DNA of 63,817 bases, the filler included, from Octopus bimaculoides (taxonomy: Eukaryota), in assembly GCF_001194135.2 (NCBI RefSeq). It is 11 parts of 9 records of this genome, joined end to end, with 100 filler letters (N's around TTAATTAATTAA, not from the genome) between each part and the next. Parts side by side here need not be neighbours in the genome. Positions count along the whole stretch, not along the records: positions 60,180 to 62,606 come from NC_068988.1; positions 62,707 to 63,817 come from NC_068990.1; 9 more parts are not named here. One strand, 5' to 3'. The notes below the pieces were generated by a model. That model did not search any database, was not told the origin of the DNA, and saw only the letters and a program-made list of their open reading frames with translations. The position numbers were made by a program, and so were the translations under genes. Shown here in pieces: positions 62,160-63,817 of this stretch (positions are counted from its first letter, which is position 1; the number at the start of each line of letters is the position of its first letter).

Positions 62160-62550
62160 TTTTATCTTTTATGCTTTACTTGTTTCATCATTAGAATATG
62201 GTCATGCTTGGGCACAGCCTAGAAGAATTTTAATCAAATGAATCAACAGAAGTACTTATTTTTTAAGCCTTATACTTATCCTATCAATCTCTTTTGTCAA
62301 ACTACTAAGTTACTGGGACATAAACACATCAATACCGGTTACCAATCAGCGGTGAGGGACAAACACAGACACACATAAAGATATATACAAATATACCACA
62401 GGCTTCTTTCAATTTCCATCTACCAAATTCACTCACAAGTATTTGGTTGGCTGGAGGTTATAGTAGAAGACACTTTCCCAAGGTGCCATGCAGTAGGACT
62501 AAACCTGGAATCATTTGGTTGTTAGGAAGCATACTTCTTCACAAACAGCC
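62160..62550 (-). mobile_element. SINE S1, diverged (further heads at 60200-60345 and 61820-61980)
   Basis: Collinear with other copies. Confidence 0.8.
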
Positions 62551-62559
62551 ATGCCTGCA

Positions 62560-62606
<47 letters not shown>

Positions 62607-62761
62607 NNNNNNNNNNNNNNNNNNNNNNNNNNNNNNNNNNNNNNNNNNNNTTAATTAATTAANNNNNNNNNNNNNNNNNNNNNNNNNNNNNNNNNNNNNN
62701 NNNNNNATGTATATATACATAAATATATACATAAATACATACATACATGTAGATATAGATC

Positions 62762-62795
<34 letters not shown>

Positions 62796-63224
62796 CAGAG
62801 TGTGAGAAAGAGAGAGATAGAGAGAGAGATAAATACATATATATATAGAAAAATACGTACTCATGCGTGCACATATATATAAACAAGCACAAGCTCAAAC
62901 GAACACATGCACACACATATGCACACATACATGTATGAATCGGCAGAAAGACAGAAGAGGATGTCTGTCTGCTCGTATATTCATGATTTTAACATGCTTG
63001 TCACTGAGTTTGTACATATTCAGTGCATTCAACCAATTTTATGTCCAATAAATTGGATACTGTGTTACGAAATTAACAAATTCACGGTTCATATGAATGT
63101 CGGTTATATATACATGCATACACTCACACAGACACACGAACACACATCCATACAAACATACATGCGCACATACATGTATAATATATGCGTTAAACGATGA
63201 TGATGATGATGATGATATACACGA

Positions 63225-63425
63225 ATAAGCACATAAATGCAAAACAAGGTGGGAAAATATAGTACTTGAATACCGAAGGTAGAGTAATATGCTTTTTCTT
63301 ATTAAAGCTGCAAAAACCATCACAAAGAAACGTTCCCGATCGTCGGAGAGCAGTGCCTGATGAGCAGGGACGTGAAACAGTGAGTCACAGTCTTTTTGTG
63401 ACGTTTTTGCAGCTCTAAGAAAGAA
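63225..63425. mobile_element. Head-to-head pair of PLE-type terminal elements; the plus copy has a canonical hammerhead core
   Basis: Minus copy 63225-63348; plus copy CTGATGA (63357) ... GAAA (63374) ... GTC (63384-63386). Confidence 0.62.
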
Positions 63426-63817
63426 TCAGTACGCGCGCGCGCACACACACACATATTATCGGCTGCACATACGCGACGTATAAATCCTGTGTGTTTGCCG
63501 TTAGGCTTCGACCGGCGTGTTCGAGATTACTCCCTCAATCTGTTTAAATCGAAAAAGATCAATAAAAGATCGGTTTCTGACAATTTATAGCGGTTTCATA
63601 TATGCCGGCACGCTTCTGGAATAGTGATAAAGCAAGTCCATAGTACTGATATTAGATATTAGGATAACGTATTAGGTCGTCATGCTAGGTGAAATCCAAA
63701 GCTGAAAGATAAGGAAGGTGTGCAATTAGCCTTACAGCTGTTTCCATAAAGAATATTTCTCTTCTTCAGTTGTCCCTGTTCCATTTACTCCGCGTTTCGA
63801 AGGCACACATATATGTA

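Overview
Eukaryotic, repeat-dominated genomic scaffold with many N-gaps; ten gaps carry a TTAATTAATTAA filler. The SINE families, RTE 3' ends, microsatellite load and gap style suggest a cephalopod, most likely Octopus (inference from recalled repeat families, not a search). No complete protein-coding gene is recoverable, and most entries in the ORF track are microsatellite or gap artefacts. Content: decayed DNA transposons (Tigger/pogo, hAT, Tc1, mariner, piggyBac-like MITE, two non-autonomous Helitron-like copies), about ten R4/Dong-type RLE retrotransposon pieces, RTE, L1/Tx1 and CR1-group LINE fragments, two Penelope-like elements (PLEs), PLE terminal fragments with hammerhead-ribozyme-like motifs, and many tRNA-derived SINEs. 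A CpG-rich promoter-like island at about 47 kb has candidate first exons of two divergent host genes (minus 47020-47100; plus 48703-48747 and 50745-50864). Most notable patterns: (1) retroelements each tied to their own microsatellite and stacked head-to-tail; (2) hammerhead-bearing mini-elements; (3) short templated inversions at junctions of unrelated retroelements; (4) a SINE-Helitron composite present twice; (5) head/tail shuffling among SINEs. None is proven novel without database searches. Element boundaries are approximate unless a TSD or TIR is quoted.
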